Part shown: in pieces, positions 39,035 to 50,830 of the stretch
Layout of the letters: the number at the start of each line of letters is the position of its first letter
How positions within the stretch are numbered: position 1 is the stretch's first letter
Source of the DNA: Lama guanicoe
Taxonomy: Eukaryota
NCBI GenBank assembly: GCA_013239625.1
Contig: MU054187.1
Span: 22,323,280 to 22,387,279 of the forward strand
DNA: 64,000 bases
Direction of reading: 5' to 3'
Position numbers and translations under genes: made by a program
The notes under the pieces: generated by a model
What the model saw: only the letters and a program-made list of their open reading frames with translations
What the model was told of the DNA's origin: nothing
The model's database searches: none

Positions 39035-41225
39035 ACAGCAAGTTTGCTGGATACAATATCAATACACAAAAATCAATTGCATTTTGCTATAAGCAAAATT
39101 AAGAATAAAATTTCACTCACAGTAGCACCAAGAAGAATAAAATACTTAGGAATAAATTTGACAAGAGAAGTATAAAGCATACACTAAAAATCATAAAACT
39201 TTGCTGAAGTGAATTAAAGAAGACCTAAATAAACAGTCATTCTGTGATTATGGATTAGAAGACACAATGGTGTTAACAGGGCAATTCTCACCCAGACTGA
39301 TGTAGAAATTCAACACAATCCCTATCAAAATTCCGTAATGTGATAGAGGTGCTAATTACCACTACAATGGCGATCATATTACAATATATAAATGTATCCA
39401 ATTAACATGTTGCACACTTTAAATCTATACATTATATGTCAAAAATATGTTAATTTTAAAAACTTCTGGCAGCCACTTTTTTACAGAAATTGACAAATTT
39501 TAAAATGTATAGGCAAATGCAAAACACCTAAAATAGCCAAAATAATAATTTTGAAAAATAAGAATGAGGTTGAAGAACTTTCACTTTCTAACTTCAAACT
39601 ACCTATAAAATCTACAGTAATCAAGACAGCCTGGTCCTGGCATATAGACATGTCAATATAATTGACCCTCAAACAACACAAACTTGAACTGTAAGAGTCC
39701 ACTTATATGGGAATTTTTTCAATGGTCAATGCTACAGTACTACATGATCTGCAGTTGTTTGAATCCATGGATGCAGAACTGTAGATATGAAGGAACCTCA
39801 GGTATGAAGGGCAGAATATAAGTTATATGCAGATTTTTGAATGTGAGAAGGGCCAGTCCCCCTAACCCCCAGTTGTTGTTTAAGGTCAACTGTATACAGA
39901 TTAACAGAACAGAACTGAGAATCCAGAAATAAAGACCAAGATTTCAGTCAATTGATCTGTTTTACAAAGATACCGAAGCAATTCACTGGGGGAAGAATAT
40001 TCTCTTTAACTAATGGTGCTGGAACCATTAGATACCCGCACAAAACGATGGACTTCAACCTTTATCTCAGATCATACACAAAAATTAATTCAAAGTGGAT
40101 TATATACTTGAGTACAGGAGTTAAAACAGTAAAACTTTTAGGAGAATATGTAGATGAAAATCTTCAAGACTGTGTGTTAGAGAAAGACCCAAAGCATGAT
40201 TCATAAAAGAGAAAAATTGTTAAATTGGGCCTCATCAAAGTTTAAAACTTTTGCACTTCAAAAGGTACCATTAATGAAAAGATAAGCAATACATAGGAAA
40301 GAAATATTTTCAAAACACATATCCAATAAAGGACTTATACCCAGGATTTATTAAGAATGCTTACAATGCAATAAGATAATCCATCAAAACTGGTCAAATG
40401 AGAACAGACGTTTATGAAAGAAGATCTATGATGACTAATAAAAATGGTATATGAAAAGATGCTCAATAAAATCCATTAATGAAATGCAAATTAAAATCAC
40501 AATGAGATACCATTTCACATCCACCAGAATGTTTGTAATAAATCACACTGACATTAACAAGTGTTGGCAAGGAAGTGGATAAACGGGAAGCCTCCCGTGT
40601 TGCTGGTGGGGAAGTAAAGTAGAGCAGCCATTGTGAAGAATAGTTTGTTCATTTCTCAAAATGTTAAACATCAAACTACCATATCACCCAGCAATTCCAC
40701 TCCTAAACCCGAGAGAAATGAAAATATATATCTGCACAAAGACTGGCACAAACACGTTCAAAGTGATATTATTTATATTAAGCAAAAATTGGAAATAACC
40801 TAAGTGCCCATCAACTGCTGAACAGACAAGGGGGGAAATGTAGTATATCTGTACAATTAAAGACCATTCAACCTAGAAAAGAACAACCTACTGATACATG
40901 GTACATGATGGATGACCCTGAAAAACAATGTGCTAAATGAAAGACACTAAACAAAAAAGACCACATGTCGTATGATTCCATTTAGGTGAAATGTCTAGAG
41001 AAGGCAAATTTACAGAGATAGAGAGTCAACTAGTGTTCGCCTGAGGCTGGGGTAAGAATCAGGAGAAATTGTAAATAGGCATGAGGGATCTTACTGGGAA
41101 GGAGAAAATGTACTAAAATTATTTTATGGAAGTGGTAACACTATGTGATAAAATTACTAAACATCATTAAATTGTATACTTGAAATGGGTGAATTTTATG
41201 ATATGACAATACCTCAATAAAGTTT
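39035..41225 (+). mobile_element. Old L1M (MB/ME-like) ORF2 to 3' UTR
   Basis: 'atcaatacacaaaaatcaattgc', 'gaaatgcaaattaaaatcacaatgagataccatttcac', 'cccagcaattccactcc'; ends 'acctcaataaa'. Confidence 0.85.
39659..39892. mobile_element. Tigger2/MER8-like Tc1-mariner MITE
   Basis: Termini 'aattgaccctcaaacaac' and 'gttgtttaaggtcaactg' with TA flanks; similar to 59850-60062. Confidence 0.8.
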
Positions 41226-41548
41226 TTTTGAGAAGATGTAATGTACTGTGATATGTGAAGTATTAATTGGTATTTTCTCTTATTCCTCCTGGTTTCTATT
41301 GACCTTCCCAAATATAACTACATGGAAGATAGAAGTGTGTATTTCCTCAAGTAATTTCCAAGGTGAAGGGGGAAAAAAATAAATATCAAATTCTTTACTT
41401 CTCAGTTGAAAAGCTCCTTTCCAGACAAAAAATATATAAAGGAGAAAAAGTGACCTGACCCACAGTAGATAAGAAATCCTCTGAGTCAAATGTAGGAGAC
41501 TTTGGAGAGGAAAAAGAGCTAAGCACACGGGGAAGGACATGCCTCTTC

Positions 41549-41649
41549 CAGGGCGATCAACTCCAGGACTTCCCATGTTTTTAAACTGAAAGTCCTGCAT
41601 CCCAGGAACCCCTTCACTCTCAGGCGAATCAGGAAAGTTGGTCAGCCTA
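41549..41649. mobile_element. MER94-like hAT MITE
   Basis: 'agggcgatcaac...ctgaaagtcctgcatcccaggaacccc...gttggtcagccta' with imperfect terminal inverted repeats. Confidence 0.65.
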
Positions 41650-41807
41650 CTCCTGACCTTCTGAGTCAGGTCCTGAGGGACTGATGCAGGAGTATGAGTG
41701 GGGAACTAAGAACAGAGGAAATTTGTGCCCTGATGTCCATCTGAGGTTTCTGAAAGTCAGGAGCCTACTGCATCCTCCAGGAAATAGGCAAAGGGTGGAT
41801 GCTCTAT

Positions 41808-42700
41808 TGTGATCTATAAGAAATACATATATTTGGCCATTCACAGGACCGAAATACATTTCTCAGATATATTTGGTTTCACGTGTAGCTCCTGGCTCAC
41901 AGCTCCCAAAACCCTTGGAATTTTCTGATCAGTAAGAGCAATGGGAGCATCTTTTAAAATAATATTTGGTCGCTTGTCCTCACTGCTTGTCTTCAGGGCC
42001 ATAAGGGTGAAACGGGTGTTATTCATAACAAGTCCTTTCCATCATAGTTGGGTTTATGTTAATGAGGCTGACTTTGGATCACACTCCAGGAAGGGAGGCT
42101 GGTCGCCAGGAGAACCAACCATGTGGTTGGAAGGTTGGAACTTGGAGCCCCACCCCCTGATTTCCAGGGGAGAAGGGCTTGAGGTGGAAACAATTGCCAT
42201 GGGCCAATGATTTAGCCAATCACGATGTTGTAATGAGTTTCAATTAAAACCCCCAAAGCACAACTTTTTGGTTCTTTTTTCAGAGAACATCCATGTGGGG
42301 GAACCAGAATGCTTCCACATGCCCCTGTGCCCCAAGGACAGAAGTTCTCTTGTTCAGGACCTCACCCTACTTGTCTCTTCCTCGGGCTGTTGATTCATAT
42401 ATAATAGATTGGTAACCTAGTGAGTAAATGGATTTTCCCCAGTTCTGTGAGCCATCTAGCAAATTAATCAAATTTAAGGAGACCCCCTCGTGTTCATAAC
42501 CAGTCAGTCTGTGCTGGTGACTGGCATCTGAGATGGAGGGTGGGACTGAGCGCTTTATCTATGGAATTAGGTTCTGTCTCCGGGTATGTAGTGTTAGAAT
42601 TGAGTTGAGTTCTCAGACACCAGAATTGCTTGTTGGAAGCATGGGGAACCACCATCCCTCACGCTGGAAACGGAGTCTCCAAACACCATCTTAGGGAAGT
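41808..42700 (+). mobile_element. MER21-like LTR
   Basis: 'tgtgatctataagaaatacatat...ctcctggctcacagctcccaaaacccttggaatt', 'gttctgtgagccatctagcaaattaatc', 'gtgttagaattgagttg'. Confidence 0.75.
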
Positions 42701-43232
42701 AGAGATGGTAGTGTGGCATATAAGAGAGAAAGAGGCATCCACGTCCTCCAGAGACACCTGTGGCACTGTGAGGTGTTGCAGGGGCTCTGAAAGTTCCTTT
42801 GGGTCCCACATGTGACACGGAAGTTAACTGGCAGAAAGCGTGGGATGGTCCTATATCTTGGATGAGGAGATATATATTCAGCAGGTCCTATGTGGACCAT
42901 TCTCAAAACAAGTGATAGATTGGGCTCAGGGCAGTGCCAGAGCTATGAAGCAGAGTAGGTGCCAAGATAAATGCCACATTCTGTCCGGCTGCCACTTGAG
43001 AAAGCATCATACTTAGCCTTTGCCAAGAATCTGATAGGATAAATTATATAGAAAGTAAGGATCCAGCTTAGGACTGAACAAATGAAGCCCTACATGAGAT
43101 CAAGCCAAGCTCACATCACCTACAGCTGCAAAAGCCCCTAAAATGTCACAAATCCAACCCAGGAAAAAAGGATAGTAAGAAAAAAACTGCACAGGGGGAG
43201 CATCTTGAATATATTTAAATTTCAAAATTAGT

Positions 43233-43391
43233 GGGGAGGTTGTAGCTCAGCGGCAGAGTGAATGCTTAGCGTTCACGAGGTCCTGGGTTCAATACCCAGT
43301 ACCTTCGTTAATAAATAAATAAATAAATAAAAACCTAATTGCCCCCCCCAATAAAATAAAAATAAATTAAAAGCTTTTTAAAAACAAGAAA
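43233..43391 (+). mobile_element. tRNA-derived camelid-type SINE
   Basis: Head, (TAAA)n and 'aacctaattgcccccc' tail; TSD-like aaaatta(a)gtg on both sides. Confidence 0.9.
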
Positions 43392-44509
43392 AAAATTAAG
43401 TGACTGGAAATAACTGAATTTATTTTTACTTAGAAATGACATTTTCTGCCTCAGGCAAAATAAGAACTTTGAGACAAAAATCAAAGTGAATTACACAGAA
43501 AATGAAGGACTGAACATTAGACAAGCTTCTGAAGCAAGCACTTGATGCTCCACAGAGGTTCCCAAACTTGAAGTTGCAAAGAATGTGGCTGCGAGAGCTG
43601 GCCTGTAATTTGCATAAGGATCTGAGCCGGCAGTCATGGAATCCCGGCGCAGGCTTTGCAAGTCTAAGAGTGCCCGCACCATCTCTAATGATGAATTGCC
43701 AGAGAGTGAGGGGTACCAGGAAACAATGCCTGCGTGTACCAAAAGTCCCAACCAGGAAGCCTGGGAACGCATTATTTACTTATTTTAATAATTTACAGAC
43801 CAGGAACAAAGGTTTACTTCTACAAACAGTGCTTTTAAATTAAAGACCTTTCAACAATCTTGTCCCTGAACTTTGGATTCTGGTTAAATAATGTCTGTTC
43901 AGATTTTCAGACTAATATGGGCAGAGAAACGTTGTTTCAAAACATCATTTTAACTCTCTTGAATTTGGTAAAAACTGGAAAATATGTTCTGTTTTATTTC
44001 TCTCATTTGTAGCTAAGTGGTCCCTCTCGTGCAGGGAAATTGTTTAAACTGGCTTTCAATCTGTTTTGCTCAATAAGCATTTTTTTGGTTCGTGGTCAGT
44101 TTAAAACATCTACAGCATACCAAATTATCTTATTTCTTCCTGTCTTATTGCTCAGACACTGATGAAGTTAGTAGGTGTAGCATTAAAATACACAATATTT
44201 TTGTACATGTGAATGGGAAAATATTGGTAAATATCAAACATAATTATTATGTGTGACTTCATGTTTTAGCTTAGATCAAAAATCCCCAACTATGACTAAA
44301 TAGCATGGATTTCAAACAAGGATAACTGTATTTCTACAGGGAAAAAAATGGGGAAAATTATTTGAAACTGAAAATTTGAAAAACTTTTCCATTACTGATT
44401 ATGTCATATAGCATGTTGTACAAAATGCTGGCAAAATCTCCACAAAATGCATAAGGAAAAAAATGTCTACCACAAAGGTAACGAAATACTTAGTAAAATG
44501 TCTATATTC

Positions 44510-45196
44510 TTTTTTTTTTTCGTTTTTTTATTGCAGTATAGTCAGTTTACAATGTTGGGTCAATTTCTGGTGTACACCATGTTTCAGTCATACATATACA
44601 TACATATATTGGGTTTCAGATTCTTTTTCATTATAGGTAACAAGCTATTTAATATAGTTCCCTGTGCTATACAGTAGAAACTTATTTATCTATTTTATAT
44701 CTAGTAACTAGTATCTGCAAATCTCAAACTCCCAATTTATCCCTTCCCACCCAACCCCTCACCCTGCTGGTAACCATAAGTTTGTTTTCTATGTCTGTAA
44801 TTCTGTTTATTCTTTGTAAGTAAGTTCATTTGTGTCTTCTTTCTTTCTTTTTTTTTTTTTAGATTCCACATATAAATAATAGCTTATGGTATTTTTCTTT
44901 CTCTTTCTGGCCTACTTCACTTAGAATGACAATCTATGGGTCCATGTGTTGCTGCAAATGGCATTATTTCCTTCTTTTTATGGCTGAGTAGTATTCCATT
45001 GTATAAATATACCAAAACTTCTTTATCTAGTCATCTGTCTATGGACTTTTAGATTGCTTCCATGTCTTGGTCATTGTAAATAGTGCTGCCATGAACACTG
45101 GGGTGCGTTAGTCTTTTTGAATTAGGGTTTCCTCCAGATATATGTCCAGGAGTGGGATTGCTGGATCATATGGTAAGTCTATTTCCATAATGGCTG
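44510..45196 (-). mobile_element. 5'-truncated L1 3' end
   Basis: Reverse complement of the L1 3' UTR seen at 2766-3353; T tail near 44510; 'atattcttt' on both flanks. Confidence 0.9.
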
Positions 45197-46065
45197 GATA
45201 TTCTTTATGAAAATTATATCACATTACACTGATAGAAGAAAAGAACCAACCATAAGAAAGATCTTAAAAAAGTAATGGAGAGTAGAAAGACTAAATAAAA
45301 AGAAACGTGGAGAGTGGAAGGAAAGAGTTGGAAACACAGAGATAAAGAAGAAAGAAAGGTGATCTGATTTATCCTTTGCTATTAATTAAATTGTACTACT
45401 CAAATCTCAGGAGTTCTCCCAAAGTAGAAGTTTTCCTATTGATTTATAATAATGCCTTGAGAGAAACTGTCCATATATAAAAACCACTGCTTGTAAGACA
45501 ATATGATTTGCCCGGTTCATTTGAGGTGGTACTTACAGTTAGGCTTACGAAGAGAAAATCAGTAAATGAAAAAGGGCGATGTCAAATTAGTAAATGCACT
45601 TCTTCAATTTTGAAATTGGTCTTGAAATCTTCTATTGCATTGAGAAATGGGGCAATTTCCAGCTTGGCCTCGGTATCATCCTCAGTCCTCTGAGTCTTTG
45701 GCATGACCATACTTGGCATAACCATATTTTATTGTATCACTTAGGACTACATGCAAATCAAGTTATAGGAAATGGAGAGGCTATGAAAAATATAGTCATC
45801 TTTTTTCTTGTATCAGAGGAAGGCTGAGGTAGCCATCACTTGGGTGACTGATCTTTGTCAAGGTCCCTAACAGTCACAAGATGGCCCCTAGAGCTTAGGC
45901 CCAGACTGGCACCCAGGGCCAGAGGAAGGGGAGAGGGGCAGTGCTGCCACACATGTTTCTTTTACCAGAAAGGTAAGAAATAAGGGAAATTCTCCAGCCC
46001 CAGGGGTAGGAAGAACTGTTGGATCAACCAACCGGCAGTGTCTGCAATACCTTTCAAGAGCTGTT

Positions 46066-46202
46066 TCTTTCTTTCTTTTTTTGGGGGGGGGCGGTAATTA
46101 TGTTTGCTTATTTATTTATTTTTAGAGGAGGTACTGGGGATTGAACCCAGGATCTTGTGTATGCTAAGCAAGTGCTCTACCACTTGAGCTATACCTTCCC
46201 CC
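46066..46202 (-). mobile_element. tRNA-derived camelid-type SINE
   Basis: 'gaggtactggggattgaacccagg...ctctaccacttgagctataccttcccc'; TSD-like ttc(a/c)agagct(g/a)tt. Confidence 0.9.
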
Positions 46203-46747
46203 ACTTCCAGAGCTATTATTAGTTCTTAGTCCTAAGATCCTTACTATGAAATAAATCAAGTTCAAGTGCTCCATAATAACTTGTGAAGAATTTATTTTGA
46301 AAGAACTAAATATTCTAAGTACTAGGTTCACCTTGAGGTTCCTGTTTCATATTGTAATCAGAATGCCAACAGTGCCCAGCACTGCTTGCCTGCTCCTGTG
46401 AGAACTCGCTTCTCCCCAGCATCCGTGGCTGCCAGGGGAAGGCAGCCGGCCCAAGGGGACCCAACACATGCCACATTCAGTGGCCTGTGTTGCTCCCTAT
46501 GACCTGATCTGAAAGATGACCCAAGCCAGTCGGAATCCTCACTTGAGAAATGAAAACTGAAAAACAGAGCCAGAAGCAGCCGTGGCTGTGAACATGAAAG
46601 GGTTCCACAAGGTTGAAATGACCCCACACGCAAGAAAAGTTCTGACAGCAGAAGTTTGCAGGGTAAATGACGAATGCCCAGAATACATGGTTCAACAGTT
46701 TTTTTTGTTTGTTTTTATTTTTGCACGATTCAAGAATCTACAATTAG

Positions 46748-46888
46748 AGGGGAGGGTATAGCTCAGTGGTAGAGCACGTGCCTAGCAAGCAGGAGGTCCT
46801 GGGTTCAATCCCCAAAATCTCCATTAAAAAATCAATCAATCAATCAATCCATCAACCTAATTAGCACCCTCTTCAAAAGAGAAAAAAG
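46748..46888 (+). mobile_element. tRNA-derived camelid-type SINE
   Basis: 'ggggagggtatagctcagtggtagagcacgtgcctagcaagcaggaggtcctgggttcaatcccc' with a (TCAA)n-modified tail. Confidence 0.92.
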
Positions 46889-47107
46889 AAGAATCGGTAA
46901 ATTAAAAAACAACAGACCTCGTGAGTTGCCCACATTAAAGTAGTGGAAAATGAGTCATGCAAAGTTTTAAGAAATAGCTATTTATTTTATAAAGGAAAAT
47001 AAAATGGGATTTATTCCAGTCTCTGAAAAAATGTTGGCTTACAATTATGAATCGGCAAAATAAACAGTGTTAAATTGCAACTAACTCACCTAGAAAATTA
47101 ACCCAAG

Positions 47108-47574
47108 GCCTTTGTTGATGAACAGTGGGAGCAGACATTGAGCTTCCAGCGGCTTCCGGGGGCATCTTTAGGAGTCAGCACTGTGGCGGGAGGCATCAAG
47201 ACCAGAATCAGGGACCACCGGGCCGCTTCTCTGACAGCTGCTTCCCCAACCAGAACCAGACCTGGAACTGCGAGCGGAACCTGCTGGACCTGCGCTGCTG
47301 TGAGAAGGCAACGCCTGCTGAAGGGGCGCGTCTCCGTGGAAACGGTACCAGGAATGAATGATGGTACCCTACCCCGTATCCTGGGTGTCAGCCTGGGACT
47401 ACATTTCCTGGGAGGATCTGAACTGGCTCCACCCACCTCCCCTGTCCTCGCTCCTGCTCCCAGGGTGGTGAAGGGGAGCGTGGCTTCATTGGGATCCCCA
47501 CCCTGGGATCCTGAATCATGGCTTAACTAATAATAAATACTCGTTGGAAAAGTGAAAATAAAAACAATTAAAAA
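47108..47574 (+). pseudogene. COX6B1: Processed pseudogene of cytochrome c oxidase subunit 6B1; former CDS ~47183-47421
   Basis: Pieces across frames read VAGGIKTRIRDHRAA / DSCFPNQNQTWNCERNLLDLRCCEKA / PVSWVSAWD / TFPGRI*, versus mammalian COX6B1 MAEDI..KIKNY.TAPFDSRFPNQNQTRNCWQNYLDFHRC.KA...SWV..WD...GTFPGKI*. It is intronless, has ATG changed to GTG at 47183, frameshifts, a deletion before TFPG, AATAAA at 47532-47537 and an A-rich tail remnant. Confidence 0.92.
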
Positions 47575-47980
47575 CCCCAGCAGGGTATTAGACGATCATG
47601 ACCCAGTATTCCGCATGAACACAGCAAATTCTACCAGATGGCAATGTAGACATCCCTTTACAGAAAAGAACACAAACTTACATTTTTTTTTCTAAATCAA
47701 AGTAGCAGATGTTTTTAAAGCGGAGAATAAAGCCAAAATTCTGCTCCCAGGGTACTTTAAATGTTTATCCTCTAGTTTTATTTAGTTTATTTTTCATGTT
47801 TCACAATATTTCCGTATGATTAGCTTTCTAGAAAATATCTCAGCTTGACAATCATATTTCTTCTTCCCTGCTGGCTTCACATATAGGTGTTGGTCAGAAT
47901 TGTCCTCAAAGGGAAAGTTTATGAAATAGATTTAGAAATGTTTGCTAGAATCTATCTTCCAAGCATAATAAAAAGAAAGT

Positions 47981-48270
47981 GGGGGCAGAGGTAGAGCACA
48001 GTGGTAGAGCACGTGCCTAGCAAGCAGGCGGTCCTGGATCCCCAGTGCTCCATTAAAAAACATAAAACCTGTACTTACCTGGCAGGGGAGAGACCATGAT
48101 CACGAAGGTGGTTTTCCCAGAGTGAGGCTCATCCATCGCTCTCCGGGTGTGCTGACCTCTGCGATTTCCCCAAACGTGGGAAACTCGACTGCATAATTTG
48201 TGGCAGTGGGGGACTGCGTTCGTGCTAGAAAAATAAATAAATAAAAATAAAACCTAATTACCTCCCCCTA
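47981..48270 (+). mobile_element. tRNA-derived camelid-type SINE interrupted by a U1 retrocopy
   Basis: Head at 47981-48053; tail 'aacctaattacctccccc' resumes after the U1 insert. Confidence 0.85.
48071..48226 (+). pseudogene. RNU1: U1 snRNA retrocopy (processed pseudogene)
   Basis: Ungapped match to nt 1-156 of canonical U1 with 12 substitutions by manual comparison to the recalled human sequence; lacks the last ~8 nt; A-rich tail; TSD ATAAAACCT at 48062-48070 and 48247-48255; upstream DNA is SINE, not an snRNA promoter. Confidence 0.95.
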
Positions 48271-48366
48271 CAAATATATAGTGTTGTATGTCAATTATAT
48301 CTCAATAAAACTAGAAGGGAAAAAAAGAATGTTTTTTTTTTAATTTTTAAAATAAAATTTAAAAAA

Positions 48367-48496
48367 ATGTGGGGGGGTGGTAATAAGATTTATGTATTTT
48401 TTAATTTTTTTTTTTTTTTAGTGGAGGTACTGGGGATTGAACCTAGGACCCTGTGCATGCTAAGCATGCACTCTACCACTGAGCTATACCCTCCCT
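48367..48496 (-). mobile_element. tRNA-derived camelid-type SINE
   Basis: 'ggaggtactggggattgaacctaggaccctgtgcatgctaagcatgcactctaccactgagctataccctccc'. Confidence 0.92.
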
Positions 48497-50335
48497 ACCA
48501 AAACAATTTTTTTAAAAAAATTTTGAAAAAAAGAAGTGAGCAAAGTCTTCTTCCAGTGAATTTTAGACAAGTCAGCTAAAAATAAGTGAATCAACAGTAT
48601 CAGAGGTTCTCAAGTTGTCTATAAAAGAATCCTTAGGCCTTTATGACTGTGTTTCTGGCTGAATATTTTGATGAAGGCAGGACCTGGCCACAGGGGCCCT
48701 GTTTCTTGTCTTAGAGGTGTTTGTAGAAAGAGTGATTCCACTGAATTCAGGGAAACCCAAGGGCCTCACAGGGCTGTGTGCTAGCACCATATTTGAGATT
48801 AATTTCAATCTTCAAATTCTAGTTCATATTAGAAAATGTCATAAATTTGCTCTTGCCTCCGGAGAAAAGCAAAGGGAAAATTGTCTTGATGGCTCAGTGT
48901 CTGCGGCCAGGAAAGGTCACACACACAAACTAGGAAACTATTTTTGATAACTTGGACTTGGAAAGACCAGCTTAGCTCTCTGTGAGCTATTTAAAACCTG
49001 CTCCAGATTCTTGGGCAGCACCAGATCTTCTGATTACATGTTTACCAGGCAGTCCTTAAAGATTCGTATGGCTCTCCACTCCACAGCAGGGGCACCCAAC
49101 GCTATTCACCATTAAAGTGAAGTCCAGAGACTGGCGGAATCATCTCCATAAGTATCCGTGCATGGAGAGCAGTGCAATTAACCCTATTTTAGAAATCAGC
49201 CAGGAAGCTCCCTGTCTAGAGTCATCAGGAGAATCCACATTTAATACGGGTCCAAATCTTACACTTTTCTAACTTAGTCACAGCTCTTAGGATAAACCTG
49301 ACGCACTGGAAATAAAGTATTGGAAGAAATATAAGATTCGTCGTGAAGAGCGTGAGAAGGCAGTGGTTAAATTCATAGGCTCCAGAACCAGACGGGCTGT
49401 ATATGACCTGGCAGTTTGCTTCATCTTCCTGTGCCTTAGTTTCCCCACTTTTCAATGAGACTGATGCTAATAAGCACCCCATAGATTTGCTGTGAGAACA
49501 GAATGAGCTTCGTGTTTGTAAAAAGGTGAGAACAACTTCTTGGAACATTGTGTATTAAGAGTATTAGCCAACATTAGTGCAAAGCACAAGATCCTCTCTG
49601 TTCTCCATAGAGGTTTATTTCTCAACACCAAAAATAATGCAGCTACATCTCTAAACAGAGAAAGTTGGCACTGCTCTTCTGTGACACCAATGACCTATTT
49701 CTTTTACCTTGAGCTGGGATAGAGAAGTCCTGACCAATTGTGAAATAGTGGCTGTGAAGTGTCTGTAAATACAAGCGCTGATTGGGCAAAACTCTGTAAA
49801 TAACTTCTGTTTCTCCGTAACTGAAATTAATTTTATTCTCAAGCCCCAATCGGTATCTGTGGTGGAAAATTCATTCTTGGCAATTCAAGGGAACTTGGTC
49901 ACTTTCTGTTTAAACCTTAATCTCTTATGACTGTTCCATCTCTCTTCTCCTTTATCCCATTTACCCAGGGTAAAACTCCTGGGAGTTTATAAATTCCCAG
50001 GAGACTTGTGCTTGTGGGAGAGGAGAGATGGGCTGACCTGTCTCAGGTATGACTGAAGGAGTGAAGTTTGGGCTACCTGACCTTGAATAGTAGCCTCTGT
50101 CTCGACTGCCTCTCGTATATATTCTCAGCTGGTCAAGCATGAAGTCTGTTATCTTGGCATGGGTAATCCTCCCTGCAGACCCTACTACAGGGGTCCATAA
50201 CCCTAGCCCTGGGCCCCCCTCCAAGATCTTAATTTGTAATCAAAAAGATTGGGTGGGGAAGAGCTCCTGCTCTCTTTGTACAAACAGGTGCCACAGCACC
50301 ATTTCTATCGAAGCTATCTTCCATCGGTGCTAGAC

Positions 50336-50830
50336 TGTATTAGTCACTCATTGATGCATAACATATTGCCCCAACATTTAGTGTTTTAACACAACAAACA
50401 GGTATTACCTCAGTTTCTGTTGGTCAGGAATTCAGGAGCAACTTAGGTGGGTAGTTGTGGCTCAGGGTCTCTCATGAAGCTGCAATCAAGATGTCAGTAG
50501 GGCTGCAGTTAATCTGAAAGTTTGTCTGCGGCTGGAGGATGTTTGCTTCCAGGGTCATTCATATTGCTGTTGGCAGGAGTTCTCAGTTCCTCACCATGTG
50601 GGCTTCTCTGCCGAGATTCCAAAGACTCCCCAGGACGTGGCAGCCAGCTTCTCCCAGGGCAAGTGATCTGAGAAAGAGAACAAAGAAGTAGCCACATTGT
50701 CCTTTGTGACTTTACCTTGGAAGTCGTGCACCATTCTCCTGGGCACACCATTACACTGTGGAGCAACACTACACCAGTGTGAAAATTCCAGGAGGAGGAC
50801 ACCCCTGGGGGACATCGTGGAGGGTGACTC
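50336..50830 (-). mobile_element. MaLR LTR (MLT1F-like)
   Basis: 'tgtattagtc...gcataaca...cagtttctgttggtcaggaattcaggagc...ggctcagggtctctcatgaagctgcaatcaagatgtc'. Confidence 0.8.

Noticed and set aside
43608..43615. Octamer ATTTGCAT as a distal element for the U1 copy
   Set aside because: It is about 4.5 kb away, whereas snRNA distal elements sit about 200-250 bp upstream; the U1 copy is also a retrocopy.
46748..46822. tRNA gene calls for the tRNA-like SINE heads (this copy and the other nine)
   Set aside because: They are diverged dispersed copies with a shared non-tRNA tail, A-rich ends and TSDs, so they are SINEs.
47125..47530. ORFs 47125..47361 and 47138..47530 as real genes
   Set aside because: They are frameshifted pieces of the COX6B1 retrocopy with non-ATG starts.
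48071..48226. Functional U1 snRNA gene
   Set aside because: It is 3'-truncated so stem-loop IV cannot close, has an A tail and TSD, has SINE sequence where the PSE should be, and has a mutated U1A loop.
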